The notes under the pieces were generated by a model. That model was not told where the DNA came from. It did not search any database and worked only from the letters and a program-made list of their open reading frames with translations. A stretch of DNA of 64,000 bases from the NCBI RefSeq assembly GCF_052425735.1, contig NC_135765.1, positions 1,736,001 to 1,800,000 of the forward strand, read 5' to 3'. The DNA comes from Oculina patagonica (taxonomy: Eukaryota). Below, in pieces: positions 1 through 15,477 of this stretch. Within the stretch, counting starts at the first letter, position 1; every line of letters begins with the position of its first letter. A program made the position numbers and the translations under genes.

Positions 1-3000
1 ATCTTGCCCAAATTTTTCCAAACGTTGCAACAACAAAACTCACAAAAATTGAACCTGATGCTAGACTATTTGTGAAATGTATTGACGAGCCAAACTCACA
101 TATATAGCGAAAAATACTGCTAATGATTGTTTTTAAGCTGTCATAATCTAAACCAAACATTACTACAAGACAATTTTCGTCTAAATTATATTGAAATTAC
201 TTTTTCACCTATAAAGGACAACCAAAATATTACGGATTGTATTCAAAAACTTTGTGAGAATTTTTCTCAAATAAAGCATTTTTGCCTTCATTTGTCAAAG
301 ACAACAAAGAGAATTTGCAGGAAATATGTTCTCAATGTAAAGGAGACGGCCAAACAAATACGACATCTACAGTTCTTAAAATAGAAAAAGCTCTGGTCAT
401 ACTCTTGAATTCAGATTCATTTTTCGTTTAAGATTTCACTGCTTGCTATGCATAAAAGTCGATTGGTCGGGTAAAAAAATATACTTTTTCGTGTCCACAT
501 TTTAGCGAAATGTTTAAGCCCAGCCATTAAGACGTTCTTGAATAAATTTTGGTGTATCTTTTAAGCAAAACAGTGCAGTGCAGAGCGGAAATTTTGTAAA
601 GAAAGTGTTAAGAAAATCCTTTAAATTAAATGATTTACCTTTACAGTCTTACAGGTTTTAGCGCCATATTGACCCATGAATAGTCAGCGGAGGATTTATC
701 TTATTTCTCGGGAAAAATCTGTTTTTATAAAGTCCCACCTCATGACCACGGAGGAGGCAATTATAAAAGTCTGGTACGTTGTTACTGAACAGAATTAATT
801 TTGATTATTAGTGGTATTGGCTCTGTTTATATCTAAGCTATTAACGAAATGTATTTCAGTTGAAAGCCCAATTATTTTCAGTTGCATGTGATGTTTTTGA
901 AATGTTTTAGTATAATTAATGAATTTTGCGCGCATCAATTATGCCAGTTGCATAATTAATAACAGTAATGATTTGCCGCTGTTAAATGACACACTAAGCC
1001 CAAACTACAATAGCTACACACGAAGCCGAGCTTCCATGAAAAATAAATTATAAATAGTCTGAGTTGGCGGCATATCAGTGAATCGCCGTTTGTAAAATCA
1101 AATAACAGAAAATGGTAATTGTTTCCTCTTATCAGTATTGTTTTCGCTGGCATGCATGCAGACTAAAACTAGAAAATTAAGTGCCTTTTCACAGAATTTA
1201 AAGAGAAGTGGATTTCTCGTAAAGTTTCGAAAGTTGTTAGTTCCGCGTAGCTGATTTTTTCGTTGCTTTATCAAAACTATCAAAGTTCGTCAGAGAAACA
1301 AGTTCTGCTCTGCTTAGTTAAGAGAGAGTGGACCATCGGAGAAACTGTCGTAACAGGACTTTGAGTAAGCCTTAGTAGTTAGCCGAAAGAATTATTAATA
1401 TCCTAACATAATGAAGCAGTGGAAATCGTCTTTAGTAAATGTTTGCGAGACGGCTAGCTCGTCGGTCTGGTTTTCCGACTTAAAAAAGTCTGCCATAGCG
1501 AAATATGCTTGAGGTTTGCGAAACAAATTTCCTACTTCGAGCGGTCTTAGTTTTAGAATTTTGGTGGAAAAATTAATTATTCTAATTTGTTTTTCTCCTA
1601 AGCAAAGGTTATCATGACATCTATTCACACATTACCTTTTAGTCCACTATATATCTTTTCACCTGTCTGTGCAGAACGTTGGCTTACATAAAATTAAAAG
1701 CGATTGCTTTTTGTGGAAACAGACATTTTCAAACTGCCACACGAAAAAGTTCTGAGTATGGTTCTCTTTATTATTGATGTGTTTTTGAGCCGCGAAAAGC
1801 TCTTAAAGTAATAGCACTATCATTAACAGTTATACAACATCCAGATAATAAAAAACGTTTTACAGCGAAGCAAATTTACGCTGTGAATTAAAAGAATAAA
1901 TTAAAATTGTGAAAGTCTGAATAGAAATCAAATCAAGTACCTTTCTCTTTCGAAGCGAAAATCGCCCCCATCGAAATTTTGAATTGATCTTTCAAAAATA
2001 AATTGTCGTATTAATTTATTGGGTGTATTAAAAAACAAATATATGTTTGACAACTTAGTTTTCAAAATTAAAAACAAACATTAAAATCAAGACCTGTAAA
2101 ATCTCTTTTTTTCTAATTTTGTCGAAATCGGCTCGTCCGTTTGTTGCAGTCTTTTTTGAAATGAAAAATGTTCGTTAAGCATAGTGTCAAATGAAAATAA
2201 GATAAAAAACACACGCTTCTAGCCATTCTGGGTTCAAATTTGCCCTGTTTGCCTAATACTTCTAAAATGAAAGCCCATGCAACGAAATAAATAAAATGCA
2301 TCACGAAAACTTACTTTTAGCTTTGCCTTGTTAAGCTTGTTCTTCACAGCGGTTTAAAAAATCTTTTGGGTGTTCTAAAAAGTTCAATGAAGAATTTCCA
2401 TGCACCAAAGCGACACATAGGCTTAATCCGTACTGCTAGAAGGAGCCAGAAAAGGGGGGAAAACTGTAGGTGATAACTGTTCTGCTAATGATTGCGTTGT
2501 CTAATTAATTGAGCGATTCTTTAATTCTAACGCCTGTTGATAAGGCGACGTTGGAGACAGAGAAAGACAAATACACCTGCTGAGTGAAAAAATCCATTAA
2601 ATCCAGTGTCAATGAAGTCTTGAAAATTGAAAGGCTTCATGGAGCTTCTTCCTACAATATCCAAAACTAATACTTGAAGTCTTGGGATCATAACTACAAA
2701 AGTAAAAGACTTTTGTTGATCAAAAAGTGAACACCGAGTTAATTGCCAAGAAAACGCCCTACATGAGTTATAAAGGGGCAATTCATAGCCATAATTTTGC
2801 AATAATATGAAGAATTCCGCTGTAAACCTTTTTAATATTTACTGAGCTTCAAAATTTCATTTTCTTGCTCGGAATTCTAAGAACTTGGCGGCAAATTGAG
2901 ACAAAATTTTCGTAGTTGATGATTTACTTGTATATTCTATCACCTGTCTGTTTGATAATGTATTAGTACTGTTGGGAGAAATTATATGTTGACCTTTTCC

Positions 3001-6000
3001 GTATTTTTCTAGATCACCTAATGCATATCATGAGAAGTCAATCGATTAATTTTAGGACATCAAATGTTGTAAATACTTATTTCCTTAGCAGTTAACATCC
3101 TGATGTGAGTACAAAAAACTAAATCTCAACGCGGCTGGGCTCCAACGAAATGTTGTTTCCTACGCTTAATCACGCTTAATCACGGACGATCACGAACTTT
3201 CGCGAAACAGCCGCGAAGATAAGACCGCGCTGTGCAACGAAGCGTGCACAACGTCAAACATTTTGGAAAACAACGATAGAACTCTGACACCATTCAACTA
3301 TGCTGACACTAAATAATTTGAACTGTTGAAATAATAACTTTCTCTTATCGTGAACTTGTTGAAAAACTGAGAGAAACACAACTCTAACATTTCGAAAAAA
3401 CTACATACAATTATTCAAAAAAAGGGAAGGGAAATACTTTAAAACATTTATTTTTGGCTTAATGGCAACTGGTTTTCAAATGAAAGCAAAACACGTAACT
3501 TCAAACTTAATTTAATTTCAAATTTAGTCAAGTCAGAGTTATATTTCGTAAAAATGTTAACTATATTTCATAATGACAGAACTGCACGTTTGTTTGCTTT
3601 GATCAGATTTTCCAATAAAGATAGCATAAACTCGGTTGACATAAAGTCCTTATGGGATGAAGACTGATAAAAGCATTTGGAAAAAAAGAAGCACGTGCTA
3701 GCGTTCAGCAGTTTGTTTACTTGGACCACTATCTATTTTATTAGTAAGGCTCAAAAGGAAACGCCACTTTAACTATTTATTTCAGAAAAAGATTGAAAAT
3801 CGGGGGGAGGCCCTTTATATGAAAGGTAAATTTACTTGGCAATCAGTGGAAAGATCATTAATCAGCTAGAAAAACAAAACAGTCGCATTATTTTCAATTC
3901 ATCAAAATAAAATTTTACAAAATTTATTTTGTAAAAGGGAGTTTTTCAATTATTTTATGCAAGCAAGAAGTGAAAAGTCTTACCAACAGAAAAAAGTGGA
4001 GAATGATTATCAATATTTTATCTACCAGCGGAATTAATTAGAAATTGGAGGGCCTTACAATTTCATGGTACCTTATCTTGCCAGTTTAATTAAAAAAAAT
4101 TCCCAAAACTTTGAAAAAATATTTTACTGATTCGGCAAACATTTCTTTAGCTGCATGTTTGATTATTTGTTTTGTTTTTCTTTTCTTTAGTTCTTCATGT
4201 TTTTCTTTTGTATATTTGAAAAAAAAAACATGTAATACTCCATAGAGCGAAAACGTGCAAACCCGGAACGCTGTCCCGGATTTTATATACTTGTTTCTAC
4301 AGAGTCATGCTGAATTCAAAACCATCGCTGCGATAAAAATCACCACGCGCTATCGTACGCAAAGCGGAAATACTGAGGAAACTTTGATGATAACAAACAA
4401 ACCCTTGATTTTCTTTTATATTAATCAGAGCAAACACATTAGCGCTGTACTCATGTACATAACAATAAAAGGCCCTACAATGAGGTTGTCATGTGTGAAT
4501 TTTGACACCAAGCCAACTTTCTTTTCAAAATCGTGTTACTCAAAATCCATTTCTAGAATCGATTCAGTGCTCTAACGCCGTATCTCCAAGAATTAACACC
4601 CTTAAATAAATAGTAAGTTAATGATGGCAGAGTACACCCTTAATTATGATAATTAGAGTTTGGAAGTTAGTTTTAAGTCATTCCATCCTTTCTTCGAGTC
4701 CCAACATATCCATTCCAAACAACGCATTTAAAGAATAAGTTCCATAAAAATCGGAAAATTTTAAATGAGTTTAAAAATAGTTTAAATGTAGACTGTTATG
4801 TGTTTAAATGAAATAAAAGACTGCAGTGATGACTGGAGGCCTTGGTCGAAATGGATCAACCGCGATTGTTTTTGAAATCATAGTTTAAGAGTCTCCTCCT
4901 TTTATATTTTGGTTTCGATTTGGTCAGACTTAATAAACTGCGAATATAAAATGCAAGGATTATGTCCTTGATGAGTTTAGATTTGTCAGTCAGGGAAATT
5001 TTTTACCTTTTCGTTCTTAAAAGAATAGCATGATAAATTAGGTACACAGAATCAGTTAGTTCTCATCCATAAAAAAAAATCATTTCAGTGTGAGGAATAT
5101 AATTCGGCAATGGATTAAGTAAAATCTTGTCCAATTTTTCAAAATTAACAGTGTATAGTTTTGTCGTACGCTAATGACTTTTCATTTTGCGTGGTTTTTT
5201 TCGGTAATTTAGCGAGTCTTTAAAGATTCGCGAAATTAAACGAGTGAAAATTTATCTTTGAAAAGAAAAGGTAAAAATTACCAGCAAGGGTTGTTGCACA
5301 TTGCGCAAAAAATTTCCCGCAAATTTTAACGACTTTAACACGCCGATGTTGGTAGCGTTTCGCAAATTCTAAACCTTGTAAACATAAACGATGTTAGGAT
5401 ATAATAAAAGTCCTTGATTGCATTTATCATTTATGGAGTCTTTTCTTCAAAAATCGTTTTTTCTTTTTTAGAAAGTCATTAATTTCTGAAAGGACCATTC
5501 AAACCCTTTGGAAGGTCGTAAGGGCTTACCATTTAGATGCGCGCGGAAAACCTATTCAATGCTTGTTGCAAAGGCGGGAAAAAATAGTGACTTGTAACCG
5601 ATGCTGTTTTTAGCACAATTTTAACGGCTATATTGCATTTGACACTGAATATACAAAACATCTGTCGTTTGAATTATTAATTAAAACTTCCGATAACAAC
5701 ACAAGGTTCTCCGTGTAATTCTGTGGAAGGGAACTAGATCTTATCAAACTTTAGCAATAAAAAAAATGTCGTAAAATGACCAACCTGGTCCAAGATTCTC
5801 GAAAGATTTCTTCAACACAACGAAAATGGAATCTTCAACTTTTCTACAGAATCTTTTGTTTTTCAGGATAACTCGGTATCTGCAAAACAAGAAGTATTAA
5901 TGACAAAATTACACACAAGAAAATTAATCTTCTCTGTACCTAATGCAGCCCCCTACCTTTTCAAGCCGTAAACACTCCAAGTTCTCTTAGTTTTCTGACT

Positions 6001-9000
6001 CTTTCGTACGTTGAGGAGGGGCAGTTAAGAGGCACTCACTGCGAGCGATTTTCAAAGACTGCCTTATTTGATGTAAAAAACGGTGGAACAGACCGTACTA
6101 ATTATTATTTACCTGGCGATCTTAGCAGCCAAATGAAATCGGAAAAAGGGAACAAAACGTTATAAGTACTGTTTACACGTAACTACGATTATTAAATTTG
6201 TCGTCCAATAAACTAAAAGATTTGCCAGGAACAATACTTCATAAATACTCTGGCATTCGCACGTCCGGCGTTCATGAATAGACCCCTGTAGATGCGATTT
6301 TCATTACAAAAAAAAAGTGCTCGAAACAAAAATATCTCCTATCCGAAAGAGATAACGTTCAGCTAGGCAGAGTAAATTACTGGGTAATGATGTCCCCTTT
6401 TATCATCATGGGTGCTATTAGCGAACAGGCACGTAACTGGGTTTGTGAATTAATATTTCGAATTCATTTCGTTGTATTATAGCCGTGCAAATAATCACGA
6501 ATTCACTGTCATTAGAAATCATCGATTAAAATTAGAAGTGTAAACAAATGCATGCAGTGAAAATGACAAAGGTGAAAATGCGTTATTTTGAATTAACTTT
6601 CTCAAAGCTACCACTGGGTAGCAGATTTCAACATAATATTATTTCCGAAGAAAATTGTAGTCATTTATGAACATTGAAATGAATTGATTGGGGTGAAACG
6701 AAACATTGAATCTGGCTGGTGGTCTTTATTTTTTGACATACACTTCACAGCTGGTACAAAAAAAAACAAGTGTAAATCGTGATTTGAAATTAAAACCTTT
6801 GATATCGCTGACAGAAACTTCAATCATTTCAGTCTATCAATTCTCCTAGCAGATTGCCACACGTTCCTTTTTAAGTCAATTGGGAGAATTTGCCGTTTCG
6901 TCAGTGTCACTATATAGGCTTGTTGACATTGACTTCAGTTCTTTACATTCCCGTGAATTGCTTTTTTGACAAACACTAACGAACGGAAGTATTTGAATAT
7001 GCACAACTTTTTTTTATTAGTTTCCACTGATCTGTCGTGTTTTTTTAAAATAAAATGTCACAGTTTCTTGACTTACAATGAATTTGCTGCTTGTACTTAA
7101 CACTCACCATAATTAATTTTTATGATTTTCGAGAGCTTTTCGATTTCGGTTTTTACTTATCGCAACCGAGCGGAAACCGAATTAGGAAAATGCCAGATTG
7201 TGTAGATATAGTTTCATTTCTTCGTGCTTAATAACAGCGACCTTGTGTATTTTCATTAAGCAGAAATAATGGATATTTTTTTAGTTTACGAGAGGACGAA
7301 TAGCAACATGTAAACAAAACACAATAGGTTGGAAAATTTCTTAATTCTGCGAAGCACGTCGAGAGCCTATAGTCTAAAAGGATAAAAATTGAACTCCACC
7401 AGCTTAAGCTCTTGAGGAACTTTGCGCATGCTGTATATATTCTTTAGGTTTGGTTTTATCTTACATCAACGTGCTATACGTATTATGAAACATGACAAGT
7501 CGTGATATCGCTTGCATGCGGCACGTACCAGGGATATTGATAACATGAATAGAAATTAAATATCATGATGAAAGCATTCTTCACCCACAGATAGAGAAAA
7601 TTAAGACTTAACATTTACTAAAATAGCGAAATTGAGAGCTTGAATGAACATTGCTAGCCAGGTATTTAAGTGCTGTTTTGAAGCTATTAATTAATTTCTG
7701 CGGATGTATAAAGGGCATTTATATTACTTACCAATTTGCTTTTGAAGACGATTAACAGTAAAATCACTTCTAGTATTTCGTTTCAAAATCTATGGTACCC
7801 CCTGCACAAAAGAACACATGTGTTTTAGCGGCAAGAGAAAACCTCATGCAGTTGAATTATACTGTAGATAAAAACCTAGATTAATAAACATAACCGTCTT
7901 CACTCACTGGAAGCACTATTTACTTTCCTTCAAAACCCTAACTCGATCAACTTCCACTGAGATATTATTAATTAAAGATCTATCAATCACCTAACGTTTG
8001 ACCAATCACAACGTTGATAGCTTTGCAAAAACGCAGAGCCTATTCGCGATAAATTTAAACCTTGACGCTGAAACCCCATTCAAATGCAAAAAACCAATTA
8101 AAGCTCCTATTTGAGCGAATATTTGCAAATGAACCTGAAATGTGAAGTTTTCCGCAACGCGGTGAGCTCGATATCGTGCGAAATTATAAAAATAGAGTTT
8201 TTCCGATAGGTTTTATAAAACAAAAATAAAATGTTTCATTTTCCGCGTCGTTTCCACACCTTTTTATAAACTTTAACATTTGCTAGCCCAACAAAATGTA
8301 ATCTGTCGGCAAAACTAAACTTAAAAGGTATTCGTCCAAGTTATACGAGAATCGCCTCCCTTAATTAAGAAGCCCTTTAATATAATGATTTATTTTCAAA
8401 GGTTCTCAAAAGGCCATCTCGTGGTAATTTTACGCAACCTGAAACTCCTTTTACGGTGCTATTTTCACTGTAAAATACAAACGCAGTTGAGCTCACAGTA
8501 CGATTTAAGTGGAAAATTTTTGGACCAATCGTAGCGACAGAAAAACCGGCTGAGAACACAGAAAAAACGAAACGAAATGTTCATTAAGCATTTTGTTAAA
8601 TCAGCTGTTCACTTAACAAGTTTTAGAAGCTTTTAGGATGGCAGAGTCGGACTTTATAAAGTGTAGGATTATTTATCATTTGAAAAAGGCGTATTTAGTT
8701 GAACTTCCGTGTTATGAAACTTACGGCGGGTCTAATTCCCACCCACTGGTACGGTTAATTAAAAGCGCCATCTTTCATTAATATTCGAAAAAAATTTCCT
8801 TTTAGCCTGGACCGAATTACATACAACGCCAGGAGTTTGAACGGGCCAGTCAACCCAACAGACGAAATAAGAGAGTGTGCAAGAGATTAAAGACGAGAAT
8901 TTGCATGAGTAATTTTTTTCAAAACCCCCTCAGCAGCAGCGCGAGACAAAACGAGCTGAGAGTAGGCGAGAATGGACATCTGTCACGAGCGAAAAATCTT

Positions 9001-12000
9001 TCGTGTCCTCTCTCATCAAAATTTGAGCAACTTCAAAATTCGCTGAAGGCGCATGATACATAAATTTGCTGAGCCCAACTTTATCCTAAAAAATAAACCT
9101 TGAACAGTTGAAAGTTTTATATGGTATTCTTTGTTTTTTTGCTCTGACACCAGCCTTTATTGGATATATTTAAGTTATACCATACCACGAGTTACTTGTA
9201 CATCCATAAACAGTGGTGATTAAAAAGCCTTATTTTCTTAGCTAGCTTGAGTACTGAACTAAGCAGATACTGAGTTTATGAGTATAAAAAGCTATTAAAG
9301 TTCGGTAATGTTGCCGCCTTTGATGTTGTCGTTTTACCCGCCCGTGTTAATGAATGGGGGCTGGTTATGTGAAATGAAGCGGGAAGTTCTATAAACCAAA
9401 CAGGTACAAAAGCTTTAATAACTATGACATATATTTTATAAGTAGCGTTCATTCAGCAGCGTTACTGAATTGCTTTGTTTCCAGCTATTCATACTCGAGC
9501 ACCGGGAGGGAACTTTTAAGACAAAAAATGCTGCGCAGTTAAAATTCGAAGCAATTTAGTTATCTTTACAAACTCAAAGTTTTCACACCTTAGTACAAAT
9601 CCTACAAGGTAGATCAACACTAACTAAAGTAGGTACCTATCAAAGTCAATTTTATCAGAAAGCCACAATGCGATACGTTTACGAGATCCGACTGGAACAC
9701 GTGCAAAGGTTTGATGACTGCTTGGATATAGGCAGTCAGTCGATTATTTTTTATCGAACGAGTTGACGCTACGATAGGATATAAACGTTAGTAACTCTGT
9801 AAATTTACTATCCTTTTCTGAAATACCAATCACATTTTTAGTACTAGCCACCGCAGTAATGAATCCCCAACAGTCTGACTAAAGCCTCTTTTTATCTATT
9901 CAAGTTCCATTAACCTAAGCTCAAGGTCACTTACCTTTTGACCCGAGGAAAGGATTACTATGAATGGACAGAATTTCTGACCACATCGAAAAACATTACC
10001 AGGCAATTAATGCCCACAATGGACTGTGGTTACAGGGCAAAGCGCGCTGTGCATTGTGGACAACAGGAAAATACGTGTATTATGTTTTTTTCCTCGATAA
10101 ACGAGTGAGATCTACTGCCATAATTAAGCCAACCTAAAGCATAATTCCTGTCCTTTCTTGCTATAAGGGGTATCTTATTTTATAGTGACATCTGTTGCAT
10201 TTATCTGTTTTCCAAAAAATTTACTGTGACATTGTCCCAAACTGACGAATAATTTCCTTCATATATTACATGACACTCTCTGCACCTGCTAACGCACAAA
10301 ACGTTGAGTGCTGCAGTGCTGCACTAAAATCTAAAACGGGGGAAAAATTTTTACACGTTGATACAGCATAATGGCCGACTCCCGAAAATGAGAAAAATTG
10401 TTTGCTTAACACTGTTGTAATCATGTGGAAATATTACTTCCCTATATATTTCCTCGTTTGTGCCCACACGTAACATTTGTGGCTATATATTTTGTTTTCG
10501 TGCTGAGAAAGAAGTAAGTGTTTTTGAATTTTTTTAGAAACATTTTACTTCCGTAGAAAATGTTTTTTCCCCTCTGCGCACCAAAGAAACAATTTCAGAA
10601 AAAACGTTTCCGGAGTTTCGTTTGCGGAGGCCTTATTCCCAAGTTCACAAGAACAATTAATCCTTAACGGATCCCGGCTAACGATTTCGAGAAAAAAGAC
10701 TGATTCACTTTCTCTTCTTTCCTTAAATAATAATGCTACCGTTAATATGACCTTCTGAGTGAATCGAGCAAATTTCCATGTCTACACGAGTTAAATGTAC
10801 CGGACGCACTTACAGCGTTGTTTCGCTCATCTTGGCTTTGATATTTTGGTCTAAACTGTTCTGAATTAGTGGTGAGCGTTTTATTCAAAAGAAAACATTA
10901 TCTAATGGAAGCTATAACCTTATTTTGGGTAGAAATTAACTCGGCGCACTATAAATTAAATATAATATTAATATCATTTTTATAAAATGTTTTTTTTTTT
11001 TTTTTTCCCAAAAAAATTTTATTTTTTTTTTTTTAAAAATTTGTAAAAATCCGTAATCCTTCTTAATATCTTACCTTAACACCTTCCTTTTAGTGTTCCT
11101 GGTTAAATTTGTCGATTAGGTCCGCCAACGTTCATCGTTTTTTGATTGTTTTTTGACGATTTATCAGAAACGAAGCCTGATCGAGTGAAGCAGACTGGAA
11201 ACGACTTGAATCGCGTTTCTTGGCGCGAAATTCTGAGCGATCCGATTCGTAATTTCTTAATTGTTCAGCTTGGCTTATGATACAGTTTGGGATAACTTCC
11301 TCTACTATCAACCAATTTGAAATACGTCCGAGTCCAGGCACACGTAAAAATTACGCACCAATGGTTTAAAAATATTAAAATGCCCATTTCAGCTGTTATT
11401 TAAAATTTTAACGTAGGCAAAACGTGCGTAAATAAAACCTTTTTCAGTTGAAACAATTTCCACTGTGAAGATAAAGTAAATACACTGAATTGCGTGCTTT
11501 ATTTTCGTGCGTTGATGCTACACGTTCCGTGCACGCAAAATAGAACGAAATAAAACGGTCGTGACTTATATTCCTGTTAACTTGGGTATGACGCTTGAAG
11601 AGGGATTGAGGAAAACGTCCGGTCCGTTTCCACTGAGACGTAAATTTACGCGTGTTTATGTACATGTGCGTGAATTTTACTATTATTTGTGTGTAAAATG
11701 AAGGCCTTGTGTTTGTTCCACGCACGCAAGCAATAGACTCTGGTGCACGTAATGCTAGGAAAACAGGCACATTATATTAATGAGCGTTAAATTAAAAAGA
11801 ATTGTTAAGACGGATTCCGCTGAAAGTTCGAGCAATGAGTGCGAAAATTATGTACAAAAATTTTTTTTGACTTTTTTTTATTTTTTTAAGTTTTTTTTTT
11901 TCCCAATAAAATTTATTTGAGAAAATAAAAAATTTTTCTTATTATTCCTCTCTCTACGGACTCCTCTATAATACCCTTACCAAAACCTCTCTCAGTATTA

Positions 12001-13119
12001 CTGGCAGTTCACAGAGACTCTAACTCTGTAATGCGGAGACCTCCATTTCTGTACTCTCAATGTTGTTTGGTGTTAAAATCATAACGTTTTGTTGACAAGG
12101 AACAACGTTTTCATGTTTTTGCAATTCTGTTCAATTTTAACCTGACCGATACATACAATGTGAATACTCAACGGGTACTTTGCGTTATAATTTCTCCGCG
12201 TAATATCAATTGAAAGTCTGGAGTGTTACGTATAAATAATCTTAGAGAATTTTACCTTACTATTAATTGTTGAGTTGGCTCGATATTGGCAGTGACACAA
12301 TATCTTTCCTCTATCGGTAGAAATTCTGACTCTCTGAACTAAACAATTTTAAGCTGATATAAAGTGAAATTTACGGCTTGCTGAGACGTGCCAAAGTTGT
12401 CAGTCGTCTTGACTTCCCGCTTGATTCAACAAGTATGCTAAATGTACATGTTGTCAGCAATAAGCGGAAATTTTTAATTTAAATAAGGCTATCTTCAGCT
12501 TCCCAGAAATTCATTGTGTAAAGGACTCAAATGCGTAAATATAATTAATTTTCTCCCACGCTTTTAGCTCATTCCCAGCTCATTCAAATTTGCACGAAAA
12601 GTGGATAATGTTATGTTTTTGCCGAAGCCGGGCAAATGCTGGATTTTGAAGGGAGAATTCTGTTCGAAATTTCCTTCTCATTGTGTCTTTCCAATTCCCA
12701 AAGAAAACCAGAAGAAAGGAACAAGACAATTCCTGAAGGAAGACACTTTATGTAAATTTGTTTAAAAATAAACAAAGAAACAAACTGGTTAAATATACAC
12801 TGAAACAGCGGGTGACGTATTTCGGTTACGTCATATCATTGCATAGCGTATTTTCTAAAACGCCGGATGTCGACCGAAGCGCTGGATCTCCAAGGTGGAG
12901 TTGTAAATTAGCCCCTCAAGCATTTATTCGAGTTATAATAAGCCATAGGTATAATGGAAGGATGTAGCCTTGCTCCAGTCAGAGGAGCGAAGAGGATGAG
13001 TGAGTGAGTGATAATGGAAGGATATATGTTTGTCAAAATAAATGAATAAAAACTCCTTGCTTATAATGAACATCAGGCTCAAATAAAATGCAGGACTCAA
13101 ATAAAAGTCGGTTTCACTT

Positions 13120-13775
13120 AGCCAAGATTGAAATAAACGCTGGGGGGCGTTTTATCGAGAATATACGGTACTTGTTATATTCATTTATCTCTTTGTACTC
13201 ATTTAGGCGCTAGTTTAACAGTCGCATTAAATAAATAGACTAAATAATCCTATTTTCGACATACAGTGGGCGGCTAGCTCCAGCCCGGGGCTGTGTGAGT
13301 GCTTTGATATATTGTGCTAACCCGAAACTTTCCACCAGGCGAGATACGGTACTTCTATACTCCCATTTGTCCGCTAGTTTAACAGTCGCTTTGATAAAAC
13401 CAATAAATAATCCATTTTCGAAGACAGTAGGCGGTTAGCTCAAGCCCGGGGATGTCCGTTCAGTGCTTTGCTATATTGTGCTTACCAAATTCTTTCCACC
13501 AGGCGGACCAAGATTGAAATAAACCCCAGGCGCGTTTAATCGAGAAAATACAGTTCTATCGTATACTCATTTATCTCGTTAGTTTAACGCAGTCGCAGAA
13601 AAAACCAAAGATTATATATTTAGACATACAGTAGGCGGCAGCTCAAGCCATATTGTGCCAACCAAATTTTTTTCACCAGGCCTAGTTTAACAGTCGCATT
13701 GAATAAATAATGCTGTCTTCGACAAACAGTATGCGGCTAGCTCAAGCCCGGGGCTGTCCGTTCAGGAACTTGCTA
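13120..13775. repeat. Degenerate tandem array, about 4 copies of a 100-200 bp unit
   Basis: The core (C)TAGTTTAAC(GC)AGTCGC...TTCGACATACAGT(A/G)GGCGGCTAGCTC(A/C)AGCCCGGGG...TATATTGTGC...TTCCACCAGGC recurs near 13210, 13374, 13579 and 13682. Confidence 0.8.
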
Positions 13776-15477
13776 GCACAATTTTTGGCATAATTCACCT
13801 TTACAAGTTCAATCTACATGGCAGTGAGAAGTGTGAGGCGGCTGTATTTGAAGACAATGCCAAGATTTGAGTCTGCGATTGTTTCAGCGACTGAACCGGA
13901 GTCCGATAGTCGTTATCGGCCACAAATGTAAATTAAGCTTTCCACGAAAAAGAGAATAAGGGCTAATAAACATCCTTGCCGCGAGAGTTGTTTCATGTGT
14001 CGCTTATAAGGGAAGTCAGACTGCAATTAAGGGGTTTTGTCATTACGAAAATGAGTATCGAAAGAGGAATTCTTTAATCGTTCTCACCATTTGTAGATTA
14101 TAACGGCGTCATGCTAAGTAATTTTCCAACATACAGGATGAATAACTGCTTGCCCTTGAACCGGCCATATCTGGCAAAGCTAAGAGGAACATTCAAAAGA
14201 GACTTCCCCTACAGGCAAACATGGCTCCAGACTTTTCCGCTTTCCGTATTTTGTTTTCGTAAAATGTTTCCGTTTGCAGGTTTTTTGCATTAATCCAAAT
14301 ATATCCCAATTAGCTTTATATGGCAGACCTGATGTATCTGGTATATGAGGCTATATAATCAGGTTTTACAATTCAAATCACTTGGCGGAAAAACCACTAA
14401 GATTTGCCACCAAAACTTAACTGAACTACGTGATTTCCGTCTTGGTCCGCTACCGTACAGGACCACTTCCTTAGCAAATAACGACTAAGAAAAAATTCCA
14501 AGCCGATTACGATTTGGGACTGTATTGAAATTGTGATAGTTGATGTGAGCGTTTGAGAATTTTTTCAATCTTAAATTTTAACGTTTTTGTTTTTCAATAA
14601 CATTGGTATTACGGTTGTATGTATTTTAGATTTTATATTTGTTTCGAAAGATTGAATTTCACAGTTTTTTTTTTTTTTCCCCCCTTCGAATATAAACATA
14701 GTGAGTGGAGAATACACAGTACTTTTTATAGCTGTATACAATTCAACGATTGAAGAAAAATGAAAAAAAAATACGAGGAAATAGCTATAGAGGGCTGTGG
14801 ACAATCTAAATACGAAAACAAAATGCACATCAACTGTACGCTTATCTGGACCCTAGTCAATCACCCTATATATTTTATGCGAAAATAAAACTCTCTTTGC
14901 TAGACAGTGATTATACTGAATAAGCAGGATTCATTTTGCAATAAAAGTTCTTGTCTCGACACGGATTTCAGGCCACGATACTTCAATTATCACGTATCTA
15001 AACATCTGTAGGTGGCAGCAAAGAAGTTGACCTGCCTTGCTCCGAATAAAATAAAACCAGATGATGTGAAGATCAGAGAGGTCGGTGAGAATTCCTGCAC
15101 GTCTCCCTTGAGCATTTGAAAGAATACTTTGTAATGCGATTTGGATTATTAATAAGTAGGGGCTTTTCTGTGCAACTGGACACAGAAGGATATGTGATTA
15201 GGGATTACTTGTTCCAACATGAACTCTGAATTTGGTTTTAAGCGGCAATACAGTGAATAGTAATTTTTGTTTAATTTTCGGACTATACTTTTCACTTCGG
15301 TTTACCGGATTTCCATTTCAAATCCGCAGTGAAAAACGGATTTATTTGTACAGTAGAATTATCCCGACTTCTTGGGCCGAGATTTCTTAGAACCTCACGA
15401 TAACTGGAACTAAATCTCGTTTCCCTTGGATTTTCTTAGCTGTTTGCTTCACTCAGTGCAACATTATAATGATCGAA

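Noticed and set aside
4820-4860. Second possible hammerhead (GTGATGAC..GGTCGAAA)
   Set aside because: The core lacks CUGANGA and stems I and III cannot be formed convincingly.
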